A DNA stretch of 64,000 nt from Hyphomicrobiales bacterium (lineage in GTDB: Bacteria > Pseudomonadota > Alphaproteobacteria > Rhizobiales > Aestuariivirgaceae). Positions 1 through 7,924 of this stretch are shown in pieces. Positions within the stretch are counted from its first letter, which is position 1. Every line of letters starts with the position of its first letter. The position numbers were made by a program, and so were the translations under genes. The notes below the pieces were generated by a model. It was not told the DNA's origin, ran no database searches, and saw only the letters and a list, made by a program, of their open reading frames with translations. The stretch is taken from NCBI GenBank assembly GCA_031430795.1, contig JANPCE010000057.1:22643-86642 (forward strand). The letters run 5' to 3'.

Positions 1-121
1 CAAAATCATTGCCAAGGCGTGCGAAAATGCGCCCCGCCTGTTTGACGACGTGGTCGGTGTCGAGAATATGGGGTGGAACGGCGGTGGCAAGACTGGCGAT
101 GCGGGCGTGGTTGTTTTTCAT
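1..121 (-). CDS. Partial CDS (first 40 codons; continues past the left edge). Thiolase-fold condensing enzyme, type III PKS / KAS III-like.
   Basis: ATG at 121-119 with AAGGA 5 nt upstream. The translation MKNNHARIASLATAVPPHILDTDHVVKQAGRIFARLGNDF resembles N-termini of chalcone-synthase-like enzymes. Only 40 aa are visible. Confidence 0.35.
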   Translation of the reverse strand, partial: MKNNHARIASLATAVPPHILDTDHVVKQAGRIFARLGNDF

Positions 122-206
122 TTTGATCCTTGAGCCTCATACGCTGGATACAGGCAAACGGCTGACACAGGACAAAAAATTGAGCACATTGAATTTGAAT
201 TCTAAT

Positions 207-223
207 CCAATAACTGTTATTGG
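207..223. promoter_or_regulatory. Perfect 8-1-8 palindrome CCAATAACtGTTATTGG upstream of parD; candidate autoregulatory operator.
   Basis: Read directly from the sequence. It lies 23 nt upstream of the parD ATG, next to TTGAAT hexamers at about 190-201. Confidence 0.4.
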
Positions 224-245
224 TCACGTTTTATGGAGCAAAATC

Positions 246-506
246 ATGGCCATCAGCGCAGACATCGGACCCACCCTCGAAAAATTCGTGGAAAACCTCG
301 TCGAAAAAGGCCGTTATGGCTCGAAGAGCGAAGTGATCCGGGAGGGGCTGCGTTTGGTGCAGGACCGGGAAGCGAGACTGGCAGCACTTCATGCCGAAAT
401 TCAGATTGGCATTGACGCAGTTGAAGCAGGTGATGTGTACACTGCAGAAGAGGTTTACGCCGAACTTCGCGCATTGATTGATTCAAAGAAAAAGATCAGC
501 GCATGA
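246..506 (+). CDS. parD: Type II antitoxin, ParD family (ribbon-helix-helix).
   Basis: The product MAISADIGPTLEKFVENLVEKGRYGSKSEVIREGLRLVQDRE is a typical ParD/COG3609 N-terminus. The start was moved from the track ORF (9) to the in-frame ATG at 246. Its stop overlaps the parE start (ATGA). Confidence 0.85.
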   Translation: MAISADIGPTLEKFVENLVEKGRYGSKSEVIREGLRLVQDREARLAALHAEIQIGIDAVEAGDVYTAEEVYAELRALIDSKKKISA

Positions 507-790
507 AACTGATCTACTCCGCCCCATCAAAAAACGACCTGCGAAAAATTGCAAACTGGATCGCGGAAGAAAATCCAGCGCGGGCGGATAGTTTCGCCGA
601 CGAAATCATGGCTTCTTGCGAGCAAATCAAGGCATTTCCGGAAGCATATGTTGCAATTGGTTCATTCAAGTCTGAAGTTGTCAGGCGCAAACCACACGGC
701 AATTATCTGATCTTCTATCAAGTGAGCGCAGAAAGAATTGAAATTCTCCGCATCATGCACGGTGCCCAAGATTACTCCGACCTCTTCTAA
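503..790 (+). CDS. parE: Type II toxin, ParE/RelE family.
   Basis: 95 aa, with the C-terminal ..[23 protein letters not shown] typical of ParE. ATGA overlap with parD. Confidence 0.85.
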   Translation: MKLIYSAPSKNDLRKIANWIAEENPARADSFADEIMASCEQIKAFPEAYVAIGSFKSEVVRRKPHGNYLIFYQVSAERIEILRIMHGAQDYSDLF

Positions 791-1938
791 CCCCCAAACC
801 CATCCCAGAACGCCTTCGCCTTCGAGAAGAACCCTTCCGACTCCGGCGAATTGTTGCGTGCCTCTTTCTCGAAATCGCGGAGCAACTCGCGCTGACGCCG
901 TGTCAGGTTCACAGGTGTTTCCACCGCCACCTGGATGTACATGTCGCCAAGCTGCGGCGAGCGCAGCACGGGCATGCCTTTGGCTTTCAGGCGGAACTGC
1001 TTGCCGGATTGCGTGCCTTCAGGAATAGAGACGCGGGCTTTTTTACCGTCGATGGTGGGGACTTCGATATCACCACCGAGCACTGCTGTCGGCATCGAGA
1101 TCGGCACTTTGCAGAACAGGTCATTGCCGTCGCGCTGGAAAAATTCGTGGGCGCGCACCGACAAGAAAATATAGAGGTCACCCGTGGGGCCACCCCGCAT
1201 GCCGGCTTCGCCTTCATTGGCCAAGCGGATGCGTGTGCCGTCTTCAACACCTTGCGGGATGGTGACAGCGAGTGTGCGTTCCTTGGTGACGCGGCCCTGG
1301 CCGCCGCAGGCCATGCAGGCGTCGGCGATGACTTGGCCACGGCCCGCACATGTGGGGCAAGCGCGCTCCACCGTGAAGAAACCGGATTGCGACCGCACCA
1401 CGCCAGCGCCATTACAGGTGCCGCACGCCTTGGGTGCCGTGCCGGGCTTGGCTCCCGAGCCCTTGCACGGTTCACACGTCACCGAAGAGGGCACGCGGAC
1501 TTGCGCAGTCTTTCCGGTGAAGGCTTCTGTCAAACTGACTTCGAGATTGAAGCGCAGATCAGAGCCACGTTGCGCACCTCCGCGTCCGCGTTGCGGCCCG
1601 CGCTGGCGGCCACCGCCCATGACGTCGCCAAACAAGTCCTCGAAAATGTCTGACATGGACGAGCCAAATTCAGGCCCGAAACCAGCGCCTCCACCTGGCC
1701 TTCCGCCGCCCTGCTCAAACGCCTTGTGGCCAAAGCGGTCATAAGCCGCGCGCTTCTGCGGGTCTTTCAGCGCGTCATAGGCTTCGCTCGCCTCTTTGAA
1801 TTTCGCTTCAGCTTCCTTGTTGCCCGGATTGGCATCAGGGTGATGCTTTTTGGCCATGGTGCGATAAGCGTTTTTCAACGCCTTTTCGTCAGCGTTTTTG
1901 GGAACACCCAGAATTTCATAGAAATCGCGTTTGGCCAT
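787..1938 (-). CDS. dnaJ: Molecular chaperone DnaJ.
   Basis: J-domain HPD ([10 protein letters not shown]), a G/F-rich linker, and four CxxCxGxG zinc repeats ([32 protein letters not shown]). Confidence 0.98.
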   Translation of the reverse strand: MAKRDFYEILGVPKNADEKALKNAYRTMAKKHHPDANPGNKEAEAKFKEASEAYDALKDPQKRAAYDRFGHKAFEQGGGRPGGGAGFGPEFGSSMSDIFEDLFGDVMGGGRQRGPQRGRGGAQRGSDLRFNLEVSLTEAFTGKTAQVRVPSSVTCEPCKGSGAKPGTAPKACGTCNGAGVVRSQSGFFTVERACPTCAGRGQVIADACMACGGQGRVTKERTLAVTIPQGVEDGTRIRLANEGEAGMRGGPTGDLYIFLSVRAHEFFQRDGNDLFCKVPISMPTAVLGGDIEVPTIDGKKARVSIPEGTQSGKQFRLKAKGMPVLRSPQLGDMYIQVAVETPVNLTRRQRELLRDFEKEARNNSPESEGFFSKAKAFWDGFGG

Positions 1939-1951
1939 TTTTATCCCAGTC

Positions 1952-2026
1952 CGTCATCCCGACGCAAGCCGGGACCTGCAACAGCGCTCTACCCTGAAAA
2001 AGGTCCCGGCTTGCGCCGGGATGACG
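1952..2026. repeat. Inverted repeat with 25-bp arms in the dnaK-dnaJ spacer, belonging to the CGTCATCCCGG...CCGGGATGACG family.
   Basis: The arms CGTCATCCCGaCGCAAGCCGGGACC and GGTCCCGGCTTGCGcCGGGATGACG differ at one position and enclose a 25-nt loop. The same terminal motif recurs at 7721-7748. Confidence 0.8.
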
Positions 2027-2070
2027 TTCATGTGTGAGGAGAGTCGCCGGGTCAAGCCCGGCCACCTGAT

Positions 2071-3993
2071 TTACGCCTTCTTGTCGTCGTCGTGGACTTC
2101 TTCGAAGTCGGCGTCCTCGATGTCTTCATCGTGCTCGGCTCCCGGATTGTCGGAATCATCCGGGCCGGCGCCATCCGTGGCACCACCACCGGACTGCTTG
2201 TACATGGCTTCACCGATCTTCATGGAGGCTTGCGCCAGCACCGTGGTCTTTTCACGGATGGCATCAGCATCGCCGGATTCAATTGCCGCCTTGAGTTCAA
2301 CCATCGCAGCTTCCGCCGCTTCCTTGTCAGCCGGCGGGGCCTTGTCGCCGAGGTCTTTCAAGGTTTTGGTGGTGGAATGCATCAGGCCTTCAGCCTGGTT
2401 CTTGGCTTCCACCAAGTCCTTCTTCTTTTTGTCGTCAGCAGCATTGGCTTCTGCTTCCTGCACCATCTTTTGCACTTCAGCATCAGAAAGACCACCAGAC
2501 GCCTGAATGCGGATCTGCTGTTCCTTGTTGGTGGCACGGTCCTTTGCCGACACGTTGACAATGCCGTTGGCGTCAATGTCAAACGTCACTTCAATCTGTG
2601 GCACACCACGTGGAGCTGTTGGCAGGCCCATGAGATCGAACTGCCCCAGCAGCTTGTTGTCGGACGCCATTTCACGTTCACCTTGCGACACGCGGATGGT
2701 CACAGCCGTTTGGTTGTCATCAGCGGTCGAGAACACTTGTGACTTCTTTGTCGGGATCGTCGTGTTGCGGTCGATGAGCCGTGTGAACACGCCACCCAGC
2801 GTTTCAATGCCGAGTGAAAGTGGAGTCACGTCAAGCAACAACACATCCTTCACTTCGCCCTTCAGAACACCGCCCTGAATGGCAGCGCCAATGGCCACCA
2901 CTTCATCAGGGTTCACACCCTTGTGTGGCTCCCTGCCGAAGAACTGCTTCACCACTTCGATGACCTTGGGCATGCGGGTCATGCCGCCCACCAGCACCAC
3001 TTCATCAATCTGGCCGGCGGACACGCCAGCGTCCTTCAAAGCCTGGCGGCACGGCTCAACTGTCTTCTGGATGAGATCATCCACAAGGGCTTCGAGCTTG
3101 GCCCGCGTCAGTTTCATGGCCAAATGCTTCGGACCCGAAGCGTCTGCCGTAATGAAAGGCAAGTTGATTTCCGTCTGCATGGCAGACGACAGTTCAACTT
3201 TGGCCTTTTCAGCGGCTTCACGCAGGCGCTGCAAAGCCAGCTTGTCTTTGCGCAGGTCAATCGCCTGCTCTTTCTTGAACTCGTCCGCGAGATAATCCAC
3301 GATGCGCATGTCGAAGTCTTCACCGCCGAGGAAGGTGTCGCCATTGGTGGACTTCACTTCGAACACGCCGTCACCGATTTCGAGCACGGACACGTCAAAC
3401 GTGCCACCGCCGAGATCGTACACAGCAATCGTGCCTGCTTCGCGCTTGTCCAAGCCGTAAGCCAACGCGGCGGCGGTTGGTTCGTTGATGATGCGGAGCA
3501 CTTCAAGACCAGCGATGCGGCCTGCGTCTTTCGTCGCTTGGCGCTGCGAGTCGTTGAAATAGGCAGGCACTGTGATAACGGCCTGCGTCACCGGCTCGCC
3601 CAGATAACGCTCAGCGGTTTCCTTCATCTTGGTCAGGGTGAAAGCCGATATCTGCGAAGGCGCATACTTGGTGCCGCGTGAATCGACCCAGGCATCACCA
3701 TTGTCAGCCTTGACGATGTTGTAAGGTACAAGCTTCTTGTCCTTGGCGACCATCGGGTCTTCCATGCGGCGGCCGATCAGGCGCTTGATGGCGAAGAAAG
3801 TATTTTCAGGATTGGTCACGGCCTGGCGCTTGGCTGGCTGGCCCACCAGATGTTCGCCATCTGCGGTGAAAGCGACAATGGACGGCGTGGTGCGCGCACC
3901 TTCCGCGTTCTCGATCACCTTCGGCGTCTTGCCCTCCATGACGGCGACACAAGAATTCGTCGTGCCAAGGTCAATGCCAATTACTTTTCCCAT
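2071..3993 (-). CDS. dnaK: Molecular chaperone DnaK (Hsp70).
   Basis: 640 aa with the [17 protein letters not shown] and [10 protein letters not shown] signatures and an acidic C-terminus. Confidence 0.99.
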   Translation of the reverse strand: MGKVIGIDLGTTNSCVAVMEGKTPKVIENAEGARTTPSIVAFTADGEHLVGQPAKRQAVTNPENTFFAIKRLIGRRMEDPMVAKDKKLVPYNIVKADNGDAWVDSRGTKYAPSQISAFTLTKMKETAERYLGEPVTQAVITVPAYFNDSQRQATKDAGRIAGLEVLRIINEPTAAALAYGLDKREAGTIAVYDLGGGTFDVSVLEIGDGVFEVKSTNGDTFLGGEDFDMRIVDYLADEFKKEQAIDLRKDKLALQRLREAAEKAKVELSSAMQTEINLPFITADASGPKHLAMKLTRAKLEALVDDLIQKTVEPCRQALKDAGVSAGQIDEVVLVGGMTRMPKVIEVVKQFFGREPHKGVNPDEVVAIGAAIQGGVLKGEVKDVLLLDVTPLSLGIETLGGVFTRLIDRNTTIPTKKSQVFSTADDNQTAVTIRVSQGEREMASDNKLLGQFDLMGLPTAPRGVPQIEVTFDIDANGIVNVSAKDRATNKEQQIRIQASGGLSDAEVQKMVQEAEANAADDKKKKDLVEAKNQAEGLMHSTTKTLKDLGDKAPPADKEAAEAAMVELKAAIESGDADAIREKTTVLAQASMKIGEAMYKQSGGGATDGAGPDDSDNPGAEHDEDIEDADFEEVHDDDKKA

Positions 3994-4120
3994 ATTTCAC
4001 TCCTCAAGGCTGGCGGTCTGAAGTGTCCCTCGCGGCAACACCCTTGGCCCGCATCTGCGGGGCCCGCCTCCGTTTATAATCAATCCGACCGGAGCTAACC
4101 CCAATCAGCGTTCTGGCGCT

Positions 4121-4149
4121 ATATAGGGGGGCGATTGCGGGGCTTCAAG
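4121..4149 (-). promoter_or_regulatory. Sigma-32 (RpoH)-type heat-shock promoter for dnaK.
   Basis: The minus strand reads CTTGAA-gccccgcaatcgccc-CCCCTATAT, compared with the consensus CTTGAA-N13-15-CCCCATNT. It lies about 125 nt upstream of the dnaK ATG. Confidence 0.55.
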
Positions 4150-4179
4150 CGCGCTGGCGCAATGATTTCATGGTGCAGG

Positions 4180-4611
4180 TCAAATGTGCAAAACCTGCAA
4201 CTTCGGGCTGGATTTGAACTTGCGATCAGCCGTCAACAACACGTCGCATCCGGAATCCAGAGCTGAAACGTAGTGGATGGCGTCCAATAGCTTCAGACCC
4301 CAACTGCCGCCATTCTGTGCCGCACGCTTTGCCACTTCTCCTGTGAGAGGGACCAATCGCACCTCGCCGCCACGTTCAAAGAATTCCTCGTATGCCGCAA
4401 CCAGCTTCGCATTGTTTTCAGCCGCTGGTTTATAACTGCATTCGGCAAGCGTAAGCTCACTCGTCACCAACCTGCCACCGTCCCTGGAAATTTGCGCAAT
4501 TTGCGCTTCTACCCGATCTGCATAGCCGGGCATGTCCTCAAACTGGTAAATGAAGATGTTGGAGTCGACATAGACAGTCCTTCCCTGTGCCACGTGAAAT
4601 CCATCAATCAT
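4180..4611 (-). CDS. vapC: PIN-domain toxin, VapC family.
   Basis: 143 aa, with the N-terminal VYVDSNIFIY acidic PIN motif and a C-terminal LLTADRKF. It overlaps the upstream antitoxin by 8 nt. Confidence 0.8.
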   Translation of the reverse strand: MIDGFHVAQGRTVYVDSNIFIYQFEDMPGYADRVEAQIAQISRDGGRLVTSELTLAECSYKPAAENNAKLVAAYEEFFERGGEVRLVPLTGEVAKRAAQNGGSWGLKLLDAIHYVSALDSGCDVLLTADRKFKSSPKLQVLHI

Positions 4612-4882
4612 CGTCCCTTAACCAGCGGATATGGGCATCCACTTCCTCTTTCGTCCTTGGTTGCTGCCCCAAAGACACAGCGATGCCCCGCATGGCCATC
4701 AGCCGGCTCAAAGGCTTGCGTTGAGTCGCCTCTTCATCACGGATGACATTTGCCAGGTGATGGTCCAGCGCTTCCTTCATGATAAAGGATCGCGAACGTC
4801 GCGTGGATTTGGCCACCTTGTCCAGCATCTGGCGGGTGGAAAGCGGCAGACGGATCGAAATTGTGGGTGAAGGTTCAGCCAT
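4604..4882 (-). CDS. vapB: Ribbon-helix-helix (CopG/VapB-type) antitoxin.
   Basis: MAEPSPTISIRLPLSTRQMLDKVAKSTRRSRSFIMKEAL is an RHH fold signature. The ATG at 4882 has GGAGA 6 nt upstream and is preferred over the ATG at 4897. Confidence 0.75.
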   Translation of the reverse strand: MAEPSPTISIRLPLSTRQMLDKVAKSTRRSRSFIMKEALDHHLANVIRDEEATQRKPLSRLMAMRGIAVSLGQQPRTKEEVDAHIRWLRDDD

Positions 4883-4976
4883 GATAATCTCCTGCATTCA
4901 AATGTAACACAAAGTAACCCGAACCGCAACTGGGCCGGTGGCGTAACAGACCCGAAAACATACTGACCAAGGAGCA

Positions 4977-5600
4977 ATGAACCATTCCATGCAAGACGGC
5001 ATCACCCACCTTCCCGGATATTTCAACGCCACCGCGCAGGCAGACCTTCTCGTCACGCTGCGCGCAGCCGTTGCCCAAGCTCCACTCTTCACCCCTGAAA
5101 TGCCTAAAACCGGCAAGCCCTTCAGCGTGCGCATGACCAATCTTGGCTCCCTCGGCTGGGTTTCCGACAAGGAACGCGGCTATCGCTACCAACCCACCCA
5201 TCCCATCACCAACCTCCCTTGGCCCGCGATGCCAGACATGCTCACAAAACTTTGGCAAGCGGTGGCCAACTACCCGCAACCGCCACAAGCCTGCCTCGTC
5301 AACTTCTACACGTCTTCAGCCAAAATGGGCCTGCACCAGGACCGTGACGAACAAGACTTCGCCGCCCCCGTCGTCTCCATCTCCCTCGGCGACACCGCCC
5401 TCTTCCGCTGGGGCGGCACCACACGGGGCGGCAAAACCCTATCCGTCAAACTCCACTCCGGCGACGTCTTCGTCTTCGGAGGCACGGCTAGACTGTGCTT
5501 CCACGGGATTGACCGTGTGTATCCGGGAACGTCAACGCTGTTGAAAGACGGTGGACGGATCAATTTGACGATGCGCAGGGTGACAAAGCCGATACCTTGA
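4977..5600 (+). CDS. alkB: Fe(II)/2-oxoglutarate-dependent DNA repair dioxygenase AlkB.
   Basis: HxD (LHQDRDE), the distal His (CFHGIDRV) and RINLTMRRV, in the typical AlkB order. AAGGAG SD upstream. Confidence 0.9.
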   Translation: MNHSMQDGITHLPGYFNATAQADLLVTLRAAVAQAPLFTPEMPKTGKPFSVRMTNLGSLGWVSDKERGYRYQPTHPITNLPWPAMPDMLTKLWQAVANYPQPPQACLVNFYTSSAKMGLHQDRDEQDFAAPVVSISLGDTALFRWGGTTRGGKTLSVKLHSGDVFVFGGTARLCFHGIDRVYPGTSTLLKDGGRINLTMRRVTKPIP

Positions 5601-5607
5601 AAGTACT

Positions 5608-5634
5608 GAAAGAAATCATCCCCAAGTCGCGTAT
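5608..5634 (+). promoter_or_regulatory. Candidate ECF-type promoter (TGAAAGAAA-N14-CGTA), copy 1, upstream of the ECF sigma gene.
   Basis: The motif has the same 14-nt spacing as the copies at 6904-6930 and 7855-7881. Confidence 0.55.
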
Positions 5635-5645
5635 CATATGTGACC

Positions 5646-6212
5646 ATGTCTGAACCCTCCGACGCTGAACTGGTGCAGGCGACCCTCGCGGACGCCAATG
5701 CCTATGGGCGGCTGATCAACCGCCATCAGGCACCGTTGCGTCGCTACATCCGCAGGCTTCTGGGTGGGCTTGCCCCGGCTGCCGATGATGTGCTGCAGGA
5801 AGCGTTCATCAAGGCCTATCTCAACCTCAATGATTTTGACCAGACCCGGACTTTTGCGCCGTGGCTGTATCGCATCGCGCACAACGAGGCCGTCAGCCAC
5901 CTGCGTAAATCTTCCGCCGGCATCCAATTGGTCTCCGGCGAAGACGCGCAATTTTTTCTTGACCAGGTCGCCGATCCGGAAGACCCCGCCAGCCTGTTTT
6001 GGAAAAATCAAAAAAACAACCAGTTGCAAAAATCCCTGGGCGCCCTCGACGCAAAATACCGCGACGTGCTGGTGCTGCGATACCTTGAAGGCCAAAGCTA
6101 CGATGACATATCCGAAATCCTGCGGTTGCCGCCCGGCACTGTTGCGACACTGCTCAAGCGTGGCCTCACGCGGCTGCGCGATATTTTCGAAAACACCGGG
6201 GGAACCCCATGA
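5646..6212 (+). CDS. ECF (group 4) RNA polymerase sigma factor.
   Basis: Region 2 (FAPWLYRIAHNEAVSHLR) and region 4 HTH (SYDDISEILRLPPGTVATLLKRGL). ATG at 5646 is preferred over the GTG at 5640. Confidence 0.9.
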   Translation: MSEPSDAELVQATLADANAYGRLINRHQAPLRRYIRRLLGGLAPAADDVLQEAFIKAYLNLNDFDQTRTFAPWLYRIAHNEAVSHLRKSSAGIQLVSGEDAQFFLDQVADPEDPASLFWKNQKNNQLQKSLGALDAKYRDVLVLRYLEGQSYDDISEILRLPPGTVATLLKRGLTRLRDIFENTGGTP

Positions 6213-6898
6213 CTGATCTCGAACGGAAAATCCTGGAGACCATCCAGTCACAACGCCTGGTGCCCAAACCGGCCTACCGGTTTTTGGCCAAGCGCTCGGT
6301 GTTCTGGGCGCTCGCATTGGTTTCGTTGATGTTTGGCGGGCTGAACTTTGCCGCGCTTCTGTTTGTGATCTCGGACTATTTCGCCACCGGCTGGCGCATC
6401 CTCGACAACATTCATTACAACGAAGCCTTGCTGCTGCTGCCGGTGCTGTGGCTGCTGCTGGCGGGCTTGCTGGTGGCCAGCGCCACCTTTGGCCTCCGCC
6501 ACACCAGGCGCGGCTTTCGCTACAAGTCCAGCCATCTGGCCATGGCTGTTCTGAGCGCGAGCCTGTTGGTGGGAATCCTGCTGCATGCCAGTGCTGCGGG
6601 GCAGACAGCCCATAATTTTCTGCTGACCCGCTTTGAGGCCTACCGCACTTCGACCCATGTTCCTTTTAAAGAGTGGAGCAGGCCGGAGCAAGGTATGCTC
6701 GGCGGCACGGTTGTCGAAGATCTGGGCAATGGTCGTATCATGCTCAAGGATTTCAAAAACAAATCCTGGCTGGTGGATATCTCGGCCGCAAAGATCAATC
6801 TCGACAACCCGGTTGCAGAGGAAGGCGATGTTGCCATCGAAGGCGAGCAGACCGGACCCGATACATTCCGTGCACGGACGATTTCAGAATTCGACTGA
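6209..6898 (+). CDS. Multi-pass membrane protein translationally coupled to the ECF sigma; candidate non-canonical anti-sigma factor.
   Basis: ATGA overlap with the sigma gene. There is a short N-terminal cytoplasmic segment of about 30 aa, about four hydrophobic helices, and a soluble C-terminal domain of about 80 aa. No zf-HC2 motif is visible. Confidence 0.55.
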   Translation: MTDLERKILETIQSQRLVPKPAYRFLAKRSVFWALALVSLMFGGLNFAALLFVISDYFATGWRILDNIHYNEALLLLPVLWLLLAGLLVASATFGLRHTRRGFRYKSSHLAMAVLSASLLVGILLHASAAGQTAHNFLLTRFEAYRTSTHVPFKEWSRPEQGMLGGTVVEDLGNGRIMLKDFKNKSWLVDISAAKINLDNPVAEEGDVAIEGEQTGPDTFRARTISEFD

Positions 6899-6903
6899 CG
6901 GCG

Positions 6904-6930
6904 TGAAAGAAAGCAGCGGCACTCTCCGTA
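6904..6930 (+). promoter_or_regulatory. Candidate ECF-type promoter (TGAAAGAAA-N14-CGTA), copy 2.
   Basis: Same 9-mer, same spacing and same CGTA as copy 1. It lies about 50 nt upstream of the ATG at 6982. Confidence 0.55.
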
Positions 6931-6981
6931 ATATCCTGTGAAGCCCGACACAGGGTTTTGCAGTTGAAACAGGAGAGTACC

Positions 6982-7674
6982 ATGAAACACGCAACACTTG
7001 CGCTCGCAGCCGTTTGCCTTTTTGCAATAAATGCGATGGCGGCAGACTACAACCCCACCATCACCCCTTCGGAATTTTCGACCACCATCAACAATCCCAT
7101 GTTCAATCTCCCGGTTGGCAAGTTGATGGTGTATGAAGCGAAGACCGAAGATGGATTGGAACGCGTCGAAATCCGCATCCGCGAGGACGCACGCAAGATC
7201 ATGGGCGTTGACACCGTGATCTACAATGACCGGGTATTCCTTGATGGCCTGCTGGTGGAGGAAACCAACGACTATCTGGCCCAGCACAAAGACGGCAGTG
7301 TCTGGTACTTCGGCGAAGTGGTCGACAATTACAAGGACGGCAAATTCGTTGACCACAAGGGTGGCTGGATTGCCGGTGAAGATGGGGCACTCCCCGGGGT
7401 ATGGATCAAGGGCCAGCAGGTTGTCGGCGACAGCTACCGCATGGAATATTTTGCAGGAAAGGCGGAAGACATGGCCGAGGTGAAGGAAATCGGCTTGACG
7501 GTCAAGGTTGCGTCCGGAACATACAAGGACTGCACAAAGGTCTATGAGTGGACGCCGCTGGAACCAAATTCCAAGGAAGACAAATATTACTGCCCGGGTG
7601 CAGGCGGACAGGTGCTTTCAGTGCATTTGACCGACAAGGAGCGGTCCGAACTGGTCAAGGTTGCCACTGATTGA
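6982..7674 (+). CDS. Exported protein of unknown function (Sec signal peptide).
   Basis: AGGAG SD followed by an ATG. MKHATLALAAVCLFAINAMA-ADY is a signal peptide with an AxA cleavage site. I do not recognise the family. Confidence 0.7.
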   Translation: MKHATLALAAVCLFAINAMAADYNPTITPSEFSTTINNPMFNLPVGKLMVYEAKTEDGLERVEIRIREDARKIMGVDTVIYNDRVFLDGLLVEETNDYLAQHKDGSVWYFGEVVDNYKDGKFVDHKGGWIAGEDGALPGVWIKGQQVVGDSYRMEYFAGKAEDMAEVKEIGLTVKVASGTYKDCTKVYEWTPLEPNSKEDKYYCPGAGGQVLSVHLTDKERSELVKVATD

Positions 7675-7720
7675 GGAGCAGAGTGCTTCTCACGTGCTTT
7701 GAACCACGCTTCCAAAAAAT

Positions 7721-7748
7721 CGTCATCCCGGCAAAAGCCGGGATGACG
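7721..7748 (+). terminator. GC-rich hairpin CGTCATCCCGGC-aaaa-GCCGGGATGACG followed by TTAATATTT; likely an intrinsic terminator and a member of the repeat family.
   Basis: Perfect 12-bp stem with a 4-nt loop, 47 nt after the stop of the 6982-7674 gene. Confidence 0.5.
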
Positions 7749-7854
7749 TTAATATTTGACATTATTGCATTTTCAAGCGGTTCTGGGTTAGTTTACATAG
7801 TCTCAGATTTCCGTCATCCTCCGCTTCATGCGGAGGACCCATGGACAGGCACGC

Positions 7855-7881
7855 TGAAAGAAATACAAGCAGTGCCACGTA
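7855..7881 (+). promoter_or_regulatory. Candidate ECF-type promoter (TGAAAGAAA-N14-CGTA), copy 3.
   Basis: Identical motif and spacing, about 44 nt upstream of the ATG at 7925. Confidence 0.55.
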
Positions 7882-7924
7882 TAGATGTGTATCGGTGGTC
7901 TTAGTCCTGCTTCGGGAGGTTTTC

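Noticed and set aside
1009-3681. Many long ORFs antisense to or out of frame with dnaJ and dnaK (for example 1009-1653 +, 1184-1744 +, 2092-2742 +, 2923-3681 +).
   Set aside because: They lie entirely inside unmistakable dnaJ and dnaK reading frames. Their products are Arg/Ala/Pro-rich and low in complexity, which is typical of open alternative frames in GC-rich DNA.
7699-7725. A GAACC-N16-CGTC element that looked like a classical ECF promoter.
   Set aside because: The CGTC is simply the first arm of the CGTCATCCCGG hairpin, and the element occurs only once. The TGAAAGAAA-N14-CGTA motif, found three times at gene starts, is much better supported.
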